From Anolis carolinensis (lineage: Eukaryota): a stretch of DNA of 64,000 bases. Under the pieces are notes generated by a model. The model did no database searches. It had not been told where the DNA came from and worked only from the letters and a program-made list of their open reading frames with translations. Positions 36,739 through 50,417 of the stretch are shown one piece after another (position 1 is the stretch's first letter; each line of letters opens with the position of its first letter). A program made the translations under genes and the position numbers. Where the stretch lies: positions 77,352,782-77,416,781 of the forward strand of contig NC_085842.1 of NCBI RefSeq assembly GCF_035594765.1, read 5' to 3'.

Positions 36739-37386
36739 TATATGGCACACTATATTAGAAATAGGTGGATGTGAAGTGCATGATGTGCATGTGGCTAAAA
36801 GGGGGAAAAGGTATGGATTGTAGCTTAGAACTAGATACATTGTATATTCATTTTTAAAACACCCACTTCTCCAGTAATGTGTGAAATGACCTTTATACCA
36901 TTATTATATTGAAAACTGAACATCACTTTTCTACAGTTTATGGGCGTCGACTCCAAATGACTCACACCACATTTTATGAATGAAACTTAAGAACCACATA
37001 GATTTTAATCAATGAATGACACTTAAAAGAAAGCTGTTGATACCATTACACCTCCATATAACATTTAAAATTTCTTTTTTGTTGAATTCCAAGAAAAAAA
37101 CTCAACTGTGGGATGAAAAGTGTTTTTGTGTACATATTTCTGGCGGAGAGTAACATTTAATTTTGTTTAATAATAGGCTTACCTGTACCAGAAACCTCTT
37201 GACCTGAATCCAACATGTATTTTACTTTTTTAAGCCTCTGGTACACAACATGAGTTCATAAGCATTATTGGAACAAATGATTCCAGGATTTGGATAATTA
37301 CTTTTTATCTAGAAAGGGCAGGGAATTGTAGTGCAACACACCAAGAGAAACTAGGTTGGACAAAGCTGCCTTAGAAATATAGATCA

Positions 37387-37608
<222 letters not shown>

Positions 37609-38556
37609 TCACTTAAAGCAGGAGTACATACAAGCCCCATGCTGCAGTAGTACTAACTGTATCCACTGAAACCTCATTTTCAGCCTCACAGGACACTTCT
37701 AGTATAAACACAAAACTACATACGAGTTCATGGGCAGGAAGAGTATGCGGACTCAGGAAAGGGCAGGCGAACTCTTATGCTAGGAGGGTCTGAGGTCCCT
37801 TCCCTAGGCGATCAAGCAAAATCAGATCATCACGTAGATCAGGTTATTCATGAATTATCACCCAGTGGTACATTAAATGCTCAAGCATTCAAAAGATTAC
37901 GATATCTATTACAATTGAGACTTGCCAAGCTAAGATGTCAGAGATCAATGGAAAAAACTGGTTGCCTTAGCTAGGACACCACTCTCATTGCTACATAATT
38001 GTGTTTCTGAAATGAAAGCCAAAAGCTTACTCAGTGGGAAAAGAAACCTGAAAGCCAATATACCTTTAAATCTACCAGCGAGCTGAGTTTCTCCAGAGAA
38101 TGGTCAAATCTGGCCCACAGCACAGAACCCATTTTATTGCAGTGCAAGATGTATTCCTTTTAATTTCTAACCCTTCCAACATTTGTTATTGAAAGCAAAG
38201 CACACAGTTCGGTACTTTTACCAAATGCTGGCCCAAATACTATCAATCTGCTTTGCCACTAGAATGAAGACAGACATGTCTCAGTTTTGAGGCCAAATGC
38301 TTGGCAATGAGCAATGTGAAACAAAGATCCTTTTGTGTAATGTAAATAACACTTCTTTTTTCTTGTTGCCGGGGAGAAAAGAAAACCATTAGGGGTTCGT
38401 CCCAAGTACCTCTGGAGTAAAATCAAAATGTAATAGGGAACTGCTCCTTTTAAAATCCTCTGCTTGTAGGTTATTCACAGAACCCACCAATTCATCACCA
38501 TGACACAAGTGATGCAATGTTTTACAAGATTCTTACCAAGGTCAATCAACACTCAC

Positions 38557-38619
38557 CTATAAATAATGCCTTTGCTATGAAGAAACTGCAAGCCGCAAAC
38601 TATTTCAGCTCCATAAAAC
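38557..38619 (-). CDS. PRKCD: PRKCD coding exon (FYGAEIVCGLQFLHSKGIIYR)
   Basis: ttcag|...|gtgagt, 63 nt. Confidence 0.96.
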
Positions 38620-39625
38620 CTGAAATAGAGTAAAAGCACTTTAAAACAGAAATGAAAACTTAAAAGTAGTAAGCCCAATGCTATTACAGTCACTGACCTC
38701 TCTGACCTCCAATTGCATTCAGAAATCTTTCTCTTTTCATACAAATCTTTAGAAGCAGTATAAGTAGGAGGTGTTCAAGACATAAACTGAGTTAGAAAGA
38801 ACTTATGATCAGTCTGTTTCCTTCCAAATCTCTCTGCCCTTTCAAAAAAAAAAAGGCAGGAAGTCCTTACACACATTCTAGTTCCTGGAAACCCTTCCCT
38901 TCATTCTACACACTTTCCTACTTTCACTCATCCCAAGCCCATCCTTCCCTAGCTCCTTTGCATTGTCGAGATGAAAATGCAAATATTTTCCTCTGCTATT
39001 CAAATCTGATTTCATTTTATCAAAGAGAGGACACTTTCTCAAACCATTTATAAGCTCTAGGTGTTATATTGTCTTGTGTGAAGAAAGATATTTCAAGGTC
39101 ACGTTAAAATTCTGCTGATGGACTGGATAAGAATTGGGATCTATCACACCTATTTTGTTTGCAACCCAACATAAGTGCTGCTTCTGAAAATTATTCTTGA
39201 CACTGGAGTTGAGTAGAAGCCCAAGGTCCTACTAAGGCATTTCAAGCATGCAGGGTTTTACCTTGGGGAAGCAAAAGTGGAACTCTACTTTTTATGTACC
39301 AGGTGAGACACTCCATCAGATATCAAGACTTGCATTGATTTGCATCATTTTTTTGTTTCCAAAGTTAATGCAAATGGGTTTTTAGAAATAGTTTTCAACT
39401 CTAAAACATGACCTGAAAGTTTGATTGTTCCCTTTAATCCCTATGCAAAAGTGAACAGCACCATAGTGGTCAAATATGGAGTTGTAGTTGTTTGTTGTAT
39501 GACAACACCTTCTGCCATATTGTAGAAGTACAATGCATAGTACTTCCTTTGCAAAACACTTGAGCTTAAACAAATTTTTGGATTTGAAAAGGATTATTAC
39601 CAACTCAGAACATTGCTGACACTTA

Positions 39626-39718
<93 letters not shown>

Positions 39719-40791
39719 CTATTTACAAACAGGAGAGAACATAACATTAACCAACTGATGTAACTGTCTTCAACATTAACATGCGCTTTGAATGAGTCCA
39801 GCTGCAAAATTTTACCCTCTGAATGGAAAATTTGACAAATGCTGTCAGGCATTTATTTGTTTACTTTTATTTATTACTTTACATATATTTACTTCTTTCA
39901 ACTACAAACACGCCACCCACCTCACTTGGGATTCCTTAGAAATTAGAAATGAAACAATTCTATAGACAACATGAATAGCAATGAAAAAAATGGAAAGAGC
40001 ATCAACAAATAAAAATATTCTAAAGTGAGGGTTCATCACAGCAAGATAAATGCTTGCCAGAATAGGAAAGTTTTAACCGCTCAGTGAAAAACAAAAGGAG
40101 ATGGAGCCATGGATTTTACAGGGTAATGTATTCCACCATTTGGATGCTACAATGGAAAAGATCTGTTTTTCACTTAGGGGAATAAGTACTTAGGGGTTAT
40201 AATTGTATACTGTGAAAGGGCTCCTGGCAAGCTGATACAGAGCAAGGCTGATGGCAGTATGGATGGGCATCAGTAGTCAGCTCTGTCATAATCTGCAAAG
40301 AAGCAAATTTTGATTTCCCAAGCAAAGAAATTTAGGGATATTTCGACATCTTGTGATGGAAGTTGAAGCGCAGTTTGCCCAAGGCAAACTACCTGTCTCT
40401 TAGGTCGTGTGAGCTCAAACCACATAAAATGGTGATTACCATTTTAGTTTATTTAGTAAGACAGTTGTGCTGAGTATATTTTAGCAGGGAAAATTTCATT
40501 TTCATGTTTTATGACTACTCATGAACACTGTTAGAACAATGTAATTATGCTAACTAGTACAATTAGTAGTTATCAATTTGCTTTTTCTGTCATTTTGAGC
40601 ATTCACTACAACAATTGATTAATTTGTAAGAATAAGGATATTGTTTTCCTACAAAATACTAATGCAGTGGACATGGGAGACATAGTGGTATAAGCAACAG
40701 GCAATATGGTAGAAGCAGAAGATGTGGCAAATGAAATTATATGAAATGTAATACAACAAAATTCAAAATCCAAAAAGTAGCAATACCTTTA

Positions 40792-41124
40792 TAGGTAAAG
40801 GTAAAGATTTTGCCCTTACACGAAGTCTAGTTGTGTCTGATTTTGGGGGTTGGTGCCCATCTCTTTTTCTAAGTGAAAGAGCCGGCGTTGTCCGTAGACA
40901 CATCCAAGGTCATGTGGCCAGCATGACTGTATGGAGTGCCATTACCTTCCTGCCAGAGCAGTACCTATTGATCTATTCAAATTTCCATGTTTTCAAACTG
41001 CTAGGTTGGCAGAAACTGGGCTAACAGTGGGAGCTTACCCCGCTCCCTGGATTCAAACCACTGACCTTTCAGTCAACAAGTTCAGCAGCTCAGTGGTTTA
41101 CCCGCTACACCACCGGGGGCTTCC
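40792..41124 (-). mobile_element. Full-length Sauria SINE
   Basis: tRNA-like head at right, (ACCTTT)n tail at left; 13-bp TSD AGCAATACCTTTA (40779-40791, 41125-41137). Confidence 0.92.
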
Positions 41125-41913
41125 AGCAATACCTTTACTGGGCCAAATAAAACCAAATAAAAGCAATAACATTACTGGGCCAAAACCAAATAACAACATA
41201 CATTATGCAAGTTTGTGAAACTTCACTGGCTTCTTCATCAGGCAAAGATATTAAAAACTGCCTCTTTCTTAGACCACACTGGACAAAGACAGCTGGGTCT
41301 CAAGGGAAGATACTTTTTCTGTAGTTAATGAGATGAAATGCTATTACTTGTCTTTTATTGCCTCATGACTATGCTTCTCTTGTGATTAAGAAGGAACGAG
41401 GCCTCAGTCTACACTGAGATCCCTCAATACCATCTTGACAACAGAGTAACATCAACATGCATACAAAAAGTCATCCTGTGACATCTCTTGTATGGTTTAA
41501 ACATCTTGCTTGATGAAGAAGCCTGGAATGCTTTGGAGGCTTGCATAATATATTTTACATTTTGGAGTTGTTGCAATAAAGCTACTGTTAATTTGTGGGT
41601 TTTAGAGCTTGTATTTTTCTGCATGGTCAATATGGTCACCCTGAGTTTGTTATATGAAACATATAATGCACCCTTCCTGCATATACAGCAACTACTGCCC
41701 CAGAGAAGTGAGCCACTTTTAAACATATTTAGACATTGCCTTCTTAAATAGCTCACTTTGGTTATAATCTGCTGAGTTGTATCTTTGCTCACTTGAGATT
41801 CTCTTATGATCATTTCCTTTTTCCTGCCTCTGGTTATCTACTGCTAGAGTACTTCACCTCAAAAAAACTCAACATTATTTTTGCTTGGTTAGTTAATACT
41901 GGAAGTAAAATTA

Positions 41914-42102
<189 letters not shown>

Positions 42103-43773
42103 CTATAAAATAGAATATTACTTTGAGATACAAATAATTAGTTTGAATTAGGAATTTTCCAGTTGAAAAAATTGCTTTTTTGTGATCTGACAGCTACAAC
42201 ATGATATCTGATTTCTGAGAAGCATATAAATATTCACTCTGTAGCCATGTGAAACATCAAAGGGTGCTGTGACATCTTGAAGATTACAAACAACCTAAAC
42301 TTTTATGGTTTATATCAGATATAATCTCTTCCCATAGGAAATTTAGAATGACTCCTCTCATGTTGTCCTTCTGTCAACAGAAAAGATTTTTCAGTATTCC
42401 AGTAGGCTTTGCTAACTAACCAATCAATGGAATAATGAGACCACACGACAAGATATGGGTTAAAATATGGTCAGCTTTATAAACTATCACCTCTTGAAAT
42501 GTTTCTCAGTGATATTCAAAAACTAATAAGGGCAGCTACCTGGTGTGGGAACAACTGGGGCAGTAGGTCTCTCCTAGACCTCTTCCTCAGTTTCCCCTGG
42601 GTGAGAACACTGTAGCACCCAAGAAAAACCCAACTTAAATGTGGGTTACTCCCAGGCCAGCTGTCAATATGGAAAGTTGACTCAAGGGATCATCCCTCAA
42701 GCTACATGGCCCCTGAAGTGGGCAAAACCCCTGAGACCAGCCCCAAGGGCAATAAATTTGCCCAACCTCAAATAGCATGATACTCAGAGGAAGTCTCAGA
42801 TTACCATCCTTTGCCACAGATGTTCACCAAACTCGTCATATCTCTTTGTAAGACCTGCCAGTGAAACCTATTTAAGACATCAATGGTACCAGTGAAAAAA
42901 ACCCTTTAAGGAGGAGGAAAATATTCCTGGCCAGTCCCAAAACAACCATCAAAACAACTAAACATATATTGTGAAAGGGGGTGAGGGTGGTAGTGTAAAA
43001 GAGGGAGATAAAGGATGGCTCAGTTCTGCTCCCTAAACTAAGGATCCTGGCATGAGATTCCAATACACAGCTTATTCTGGCCTCTCTCCACCTGAGATTA
43101 GCAAAAGGACCTCAATGCTAAGCTGGGGGTGGGGAGCTTTCATAAGATTCAATATAGTCTTGAGCTATTTTTATTATTTTTATTTCATTTTAGCGCAGTT
43201 TTAATGTTGACATTAATGTTTTAACTATATTATAATTGTAATTTGTAAGCGATCTTGAATCTATTTTCTTTTTAGAAAAGAGATATGCAAAAATCATCGT
43301 TATCATCAAATGCATGAAGCACTATCCACAATTCAAGGCAATGAACTCTTACAAGGCGAACAGTTTTGTAGCATTTCTATGCAAAGCACAAATGTATCTC
43401 AGATAAGAAAAAGCTGAAAGATATCATAATACCTTCCTAAAAATGTCATGGTCAAACAAACATGCACTGAAGGAAAGAAATCCATGTTCCTAATGCGCTT
43501 TCACTGGTTTCTGATTTTTTTTAAAGAAATCAGTATTTTATCCACTGCTTGATGTTTTCATACAGTTTAAAATTAGTAGAGTGATATGTTCCAAATGGGA
43601 ATGACAATAATGTTCTAGCCCATTATTTTCTTTCTCTCTGAAGCATCTGATATGTTCATTCTGACTAACACCTTTTAATCTGCTAGGCTTCTGCCTTTCA
43701 TTTCCCTTCACTCCTTTCTGCTTTAACTTGGAGCTGGAGCATTCATTTAAAAATCTAAAGCAAAGTTAATTAC

Positions 43774-43892
43774 CTTTCCAAAACTTCCTTTCCCAAGAAC
43801 TTTATGGAAGACAAAACTGTCTATGTTGAAATTTCTCCTGGATGGCCGAGACAATGATCTTCCTTCCCAGAGCTTATCATACTCACTATTAT
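43774..43892 (-). CDS. PRKCD: PRKCD coding exon ([40 protein letters not shown])
   Basis: tacag|...|gtaatt, 119 nt; glycine-rich loop GKGSFG. Confidence 0.96.
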
Positions 43893-43972
43893 CTGTAAAA
43901 ACAAAAACAAAAATGCAATTATGACAAGACAACTTCCCCCGTGTGCCCTGCAGTGGCCTGCTACTGTGATTT

Positions 43973-44222
43973 ATATATATTTTTTAATCGTGTCAGAAGC
44001 GAATTGAGAATATATTGCAAGTCACTTTTGTTGTGAGAGAATGTGTTATCATCCTGTGCAAACGTGCATAGATGTGTTATCATCCTGTGGGAGGCTTCTC
44101 TCATGTTCCGCATGGGAAGCTGGGGCTGACAGACGGGAGCTCACCCCATCACATGAATTCGAACTGCCGACTTTCAGATCAGCAGGCACAAGGGTTTAAC
44201 CCATTGCAGCACTGCGGCTCCT
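43973..44222 (-). mobile_element. tRNA-head SINE with a Vingi-LINE-like 3' tail
   Basis: Head ggagccgcagtgctgcaatgggttaaaccc...; tail ctcaattcgcttctgacacgat; 8-bp TSD TGTGATTT (43965-43972, 44223-44230). Confidence 0.8.
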
Positions 44223-44790
44223 TGTGATTTTTAAGTGCAAAGAACTAACATACCATGGACGTTTTTGTGAAGCTGTTCATGTCACTAACGTGAGTGGACA
44301 CAACAATACAGAATGCACCAGGCCAAACCAATAGTTCATAAGAGTTACAACCTCAGGATTGCTCCTAATCTTACTCTGCAGTTTTATTATTGCTTAACTC
44401 TGTCATGGTTTTGACAGAGTTTATTTGTATACAACCCGAGAAGTTTGGTTACCACAAAGTATTAAAGGTTCAACAAATAATATACATCAATGGACACAAA
44501 TATGATGGTGTAGAGAAGAATACTCTAATTTGCAATTATGTTCTGTAAAATGCCTTCAAGCCTTGAAACCATCAGCACAGTGGATCTAACCATACCTACA
44601 ATTTTGATTCATGTACTGAAAGTTGAACTACCTTTTGCGCTTATAATGTGCTTTGCTGCATATGTTTTTGCAATTCACTTTATATTTTTATTCTTACTGA
44701 GCAATTATTTGCATTATAATAGTGAGGTATGTGAATATGTTTGTGTTCAAATCCAACCCATAATAAAAACAATTTGACTTAATTTTTCAC

Positions 44791-44887
44791 CTGTTGTATC
44801 ACCACCTAAGGCTTTAGGTTGCTTATCAAAATCCTGGTAAATGCCAACACTTTCTACTGACCCAGAATCAGATTTTCTTGAAGATCT
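44791..44887 (-). CDS. PRKCD: PRKCD V3 hinge exon (RSSRKSDSGSVESVGIYQDFDKQPKALGGDTT)
   Basis: ttcag|...G|gtgaaa, 97 nt; conserved VGIYQ (Y311/Y313-equivalent). Confidence 0.93.
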
Positions 44888-45673
44888 CTGAAAATAAAAT
44901 AAAAAACACCCTCAATTTTAATCCAGCATTTAAATTATCAAAAATTATTAAAAAGATTAATATAGTTATGTTATGCTTTAAAATTAGTATTAGGATACTC
45001 TTTGACCTGATGGGATATATTTTGCTATATAATATGAGGAATACACATACACGTTTGCTTTTGGAAATAAATAATGGGTTATTTTAATACCTAGTATGTA
45101 TCATCTTTCTTGACAGAAGAACTGCTTTCTACAGTTGTACTAATAAAATGGCTGGGCAATTGATAAATGATCATGTCTACAAATGCTACAAATGTGCATA
45201 TTACATTATTTTTTTACAGCAAGATTAGCATTGCTGAGAAAAAGCTCTATGCAAAGTTGTTGAGCTTTTCTCAAATTCTCCACAATTATCCTCTTCACAG
45301 TTATGAAGGTCGAAAATGGATGTCTCTTCTTTTAAAAATCATGAAACCGAAGCCTAAAATCATATTGCTAGTCCCAAACAGTGTAGGGACGCTGAATCAA
45401 TATGAATTTAGGAAGCCAACACTTATTGAACTAAATAATGCTTTTAGGAGGGTGATTTGGGCTGCTTCCCACTGACCTTCTTCTCAAGAGAAATTGCAAT
45501 TTTTTTGCTATCATGGGAGTTATCTATTGATTGGACATCGCCACTTACATTATTTCTCTGTATCTCTCAATTTGTACTTCAATTGACATTCAGTAAAACA
45601 AAGAAAGTAAATATTGCAATGGTAGGATAATACAGATGTCAAGATTAGCAGATGTTATACACACAGTATAGTG

Positions 45674-45894
45674 CAGGCATGGGCAAACTTGGGCCCTCCA
45701 GGTGTTTTGGATTCAACTCCCACCATTCCTAACAGCCTCAGGCCCCTTCCTTTTCCTCCTCAGCTGCTTAAGCGAGGAAAAGGCGAAGGAGACACTTAAG
45801 TGGCTGATGGGGAAAAGGAAAGGGCCTGAGGCTGTTAGGAATGGTGGGAGTTGAAGTCCAAAACACCTGGAGGGCCTAAGTTTGCCCATGCCTG
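45674..45894. mobile_element. hAT-type palindromic MITE
   Basis: TIR CAGGCATGGGCAAACTT; 8-bp TSD GTATAGTG/GTAGAGTG; near-perfect fold-back. Confidence 0.9.
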
Positions 45895-45992
45895 GTAGAG
45901 TGTATACACTACTGTAGCAAGCACTTTGAAATTCCAGTTTAAGAAACGAATGAGGAAAGACGATACACAGAATAAATATTAACAGGACGTAC

Positions 45993-46093
45993 CTGACTAA
46001 CTTGAGTTAAAGCTTCTGCCAGTAGTTTCTGATTGATCCCACATAGATTTGCCACTTTCCTTTGACATTTGTGATGAACATTCATTCCACATT
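45993..46093 (-). CDS. PRKCD: PRKCD coding exon ([34 protein letters not shown]), end of C1B
   Basis: tgtag|...|gtacgt, 101 nt. Confidence 0.96.
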
Positions 46094-46476
46094 CTACAAA
46101 AATGAAAATAGTGTAATTAGTGAGGATTATAATTTAACCCACTATTTTTTCTTGCTGTCTGTCTGGTCATTGAGCACTTTAATGGGAATTTAAAGTTTAC
46201 ATTTCCCATTTTTATTTTTCAATATTGAAAGAGAAAAAAATATTACTCAGTGAAAAAGAAAGGAGAAAAGCATTTAGTTTGGAAATCATCGTTTTTCCAG
46301 CTGTGAATATGGCTGAAGGTCAGCAACTACTTTCCTTAAAAGAAGAAGTGTATTGATTCTTTTCTTTTTAAAAAATGCACATAAAAACATAGACATGAAA
46401 TATACTCCATTCCAAAATAGTCCAGTGTGGCTCTATTTGCCCAGAGCCTGAAATGAGTGCATGAAATGGACCATAC

Positions 46477-46606
46477 CTTCACACTTAAGTCCTTGTTTAA
46501 CTAGTCCCCAAAGAAGACTCCCACAGTGATCGCAGAAGGTAGGACTCATGTAATTGTAAACTTTGAATCTATGGGGCATATCAATGTGGAAGCGCTCTTT
46601 CTGAAA
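46477..46606 (-). CDS. PRKCD: PRKCD coding exon ([43 protein letters not shown]), C1B
   Basis: ttcag|...G|gtatgg, 130 nt. Confidence 0.97.
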
Positions 46607-46816
46607 CTGAAAGCATATTTGTGTCAGAAAAAAGTTAGAATATGTCAAAATCTCCTTCTGTCTTGTACAAATAAACTTCTATATCCTGGTTCTCAATTTC
46701 TTCTCTTGCTATCTGAAGATGGCTACTTTAGATTTTTTCAAATCACACATGAAGATATTTTAATTTACCAAGTCTTTTAAAATCATTATTTACTGGGTTT
46801 TTTTAACCTATTCAAT

Positions 46817-47348
46817 TATGCACCGACATTGACATTGTTAGGCATTGACATCTCCGTTCGGGTATCAGCCAGCATGCCAACACCTTAAATCAAAAAACAT
46901 CTTCCTAAGATCTACAGAGATACTCTCAGGAACACCTCAGCAAGCGAGTGTCCGAAAGTGACAGGTTCAAACACAGAACCTCAATCCATGACTGATACCA
47001 GATGGGAAACTCTCTCCTGGACACACAGAAGACTGGGCAACTTGGAAGGTGCTGAACAGACTGCGCTCTGGCACCACGAGATGCAGAGCCAACCTTAAGA
47101 AATGGGGCTACAACGTGGAGTCCACAACATGTGAGTGTGGAGAAGAGCAAACCACAGACCACTTACTACAATGCAGCCTGAGCCCTGCCACATGCACAAT
47201 GGAGGACCTTCTCACAGCGACACCAGAGGCACTCCAAGTGGCCAGTTTCTGGTCAAAGTAAATCTAGTACAATGTCAAATTTAAATTTTTGTGTTTTTAA
47301 ATACATGATAACTGTATCCTCAATTCGCTCCTGAAACAATAAATAAAT
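46817..47348 (+). mobile_element. 5'-truncated Vingi/Ingi-clade non-LTR retrotransposon
   Basis: C-terminal ORF remnant LNRLRSGTTRCRANLKKWG...CECGEEQTTDHLLQC (CCHC-type); (TAAA) tail; TSD CTATTCAAT (46808-46816, 47349-47357). Confidence 0.8.
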
Positions 47349-47620
47349 CTATTCAATATGTTTAAATTCTGATGTTTTGTGTTTGATTTGACTTAAGATG
47401 GATTTAAAATTAATATTAATTTAGCTGCTCTTGAAATGTTATTACTGAGAGGGACATTTCTAAGATGAACCAGCTGAAATCTTAGCACATTCAGATATTG
47501 TATTTATTTGAGTAATCAATAAAAAAATGCAGCCTTTGGTTTTCTTTTGACACGAATTTCATTTTTTAAATACAGAATAAATAACTCATTGACAGGATTA
47601 TGTAACACTGTATTACTTAC

Positions 47621-47706
47621 CATTGTATCTCTACTGTTTGCTGCAGTACCAGTACATCTCCCAATGATTTTATCAATGCATTTTTTGTGAATAGCAGCAT
47701 TACATT
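47621..47706 (-). CDS. PRKCD: PRKCD coding exon ([29 protein letters not shown]), end of C1A
   Basis: gaag|...|gtaagt, 86 nt. Confidence 0.96.
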
Positions 47707-48250
47707 CTTCAGAAGAGCAACAATAAAGGAAAGATACAAACAGTTAAAATGTGGCAGACAAGTGGCAGATCTCTGAAGTACTTTACCCAGAAATTGCCAA
47801 TTCCCACTTTAAATGAACATACGCATTTCAGCAAACACAATAAGCTGGTTTCCCTTAATTTTCACTTGGTATTTCTACAATTATAATTTGATTTATTTCA
47901 GTGATAGGATTTAGAAAAATTTTACCAGCCGCTTTGAGTCCCCTTTGTGGAGAGAAAAAGCAGGGTATACATAAACATAATTATAATTATATTCATAACA
48001 ATAATAGTTCAAGTTTAAGTTGTGCTAACATATCATAATGGACTTGTTAAGGTGCTACAAAATCTTTCATTATTTGCTGTTACAAAATAACATATTACCT
48101 TGGAAAATGTTAGACTTAGATGAAATTTATAAGCTTTTGTACTAATAAGAAAACAGTTCTTACTAAAAATAAACAAACAAATAAATAATGTATCAACTGG
48201 TTGCTCAATCATTATAGAAACCCAAAAATAAGATGATACAGCCAACTTAC

Positions 48251-48282
48251 GTCTACATTTGTATCCTTGCTTGTTTAGACCC
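48251..48282 (-). CDS. PRKCD: PRKCD 32-nt coding exon (GLNKQGYKCR)
   Basis: tacag|...|gtaagt; frame joins both neighbours. Confidence 0.95.
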
Positions 48283-50266
48283 CTGTAAAAGAAACAGGGA
48301 AGGTTATAAGCACACTGTACAGAACAAAAGTTCCCAGACCTCAAATACAAAGACCATTTTATTACCTGAGATTCTACATAACTCCTCTGACTTTAGTGAA
48401 ATATTTGTACCTATGCCTTGCTACAGATGACACAATTCGGTTTGTAAGTGAAGTAACATGAATACCTAGTTCTACAATTCTAAGTGGTCCTAGTCAGGAG
48501 CAAATGTCTTAGGAAATAGAAGATGTAGTCAAAAGGATGAGAGAGAGAAACACTTGAGTCAAGAAAATGCTTATGTTGTGGTCTTCTGAAGCAAAAAATG
48601 ATGTCTATTGATGTTGGGAGGAGTGTTGCCTTTCATACATTCAGATGAATATTACCATCCTTTCCTTAAAGATTCCAAAAAAAACCCCTCAATTTCATTG
48701 ATAGTGGGATGATGAAATGGGGAGGGATGATATTTTGGCTCAACTTTACAGAGAACACACTATAGTGAACTCCAGGTATAGAAATAATAATTTCAGATCG
48801 TATGGGTTTTTCAGTTCACTAATAACTAATAGATATCAGTACTAAGAAGGAACTAATGTTGTATTAATGGAGGTGCCATTTGATACACTGATTATGTGGA
48901 AGAGAAGGAATTGACAACTATCCAGCTCAGCAACAACTTTGAGGTGAGCACAGGCTAGGAATCCTTTGTCTCAACAAAGCACTAAATGAACATAAATAAA
49001 ATAACAAAACCTGGGTGGAGGTGAGGCTGCAAGCTTGCCAGGTGTCATGGGCAGATATCACCAGAAATAAACATGGTCTTGCAGTACTGGGTCCTTGAGG
49101 CAAAACTGACAGGCTGAATGTGTCAGTCCCATCTGCATTTCCATCCTCCCTTCCTGCACAGTAATTAATATGTATTTTCCTTAGCACAAGTTCTTGTCAT
49201 ATTCCCTTGTCATATTCCCTGCTTGACTAAAGCAAAAATTGATGTTTTTCACTCTTGACACAGGGTGGGATGGGGTGACTAGGGGATATTTTCCTAATTC
49301 CCAAACTTTAAGCACATCTAAATGACTACATAAGGCAGGTAGAAAGTGGCAGAAGAGAGTGAACATGGAGCTGATCACACATTAAGGACAAGAACAGGTT
49401 AGGCATGAACGGTGCTTATGAGCACCATGGAGTTAAGCTCCAACACTCGTTTCACCATGTGATGTGGTTACATCTATGCATGCTGATGTGCATTACTTGA
49501 TCATTTTGGACTATCCCATAATTTTGTTTATCACTGTTTCTCTAAAGGATACTTCTATGCATGTTTGCATTGGGTGTCATCTGAACACTGAAAATGACAT
49601 TGTGCGTCATTTTGAGAGGCTTACGATTAATGCTAAGTGGTCAGTGCAAATGTGCCCTCTATCTGCTTATTTTACATAACTTCAACAACATACCTGAGCC
49701 AGAAATGTTTTTAATGTAAAAATAGCTAATTGTGTCTCCTTAATGTGTGTGTATGGTGTTATGATCAGCCATTTAAAGGCTATCTCTTCCTATACAAATT
49801 TTAAGTCTAAAACAGCCTTTCAAAAATAAAACAGGTTTGGAATTGGAAGAATAAACAGGAATGGAGGGAGTATCATGTTGAGGTCATTTTTGGGAGGAGG
49901 GCTGTAGGTTGAAGTGGGGGCTGGAAGGCCACATGTGGCCCATGGTCTTTACTTTGCCCATCCCTGGACCAAAGCATTTTTGCATGTGTTTTTTGTACCA
50001 CTGTATTTTTAAAAGTATAACTTGTCTTTATTTTATTTTTTCCAAAGCAAGATGAAGTCTGTCTTGCAACAGGTCTAAGAAGGTATGGAATGAACACCTT
50101 CATTGAGAATCTCAGCTGCATTAATTTTTTTTATCCATTCCTAAATCAAGGTTGTGATAGTGTATGTTTACTCAAGCTTACAGTAGAAATACTGAAATCC
50201 TTTAGCATTAGACCTATAACAAACATGTATGTAAACATATTGCTAGAACATAGCTATTCTCCTCAC

Positions 50267-50417
50267 CAAACAAATTCTTTACAGACTGAGCAAAATGTAG
50301 GTTGCCCAAAGAAGGTGGCAATAAATTCATGGTTTTTGATGTAGTGGATCTTTGCCTGTTTGATTGCACCTCTTCTGTTTATAGTCACTGTTCCCTCATC
50401 TTGCATTGACTTGGAAT
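50267..50417 (-). CDS. PRKCD: PRKCD coding exon with pseudosubstrate and C1A start ([51 protein letters not shown])
   Basis: tttag|...|gtgagg, 151 nt; RRGAIKQAK pseudosubstrate. Upstream C2-like exons were not found in the window. Confidence 0.97.
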
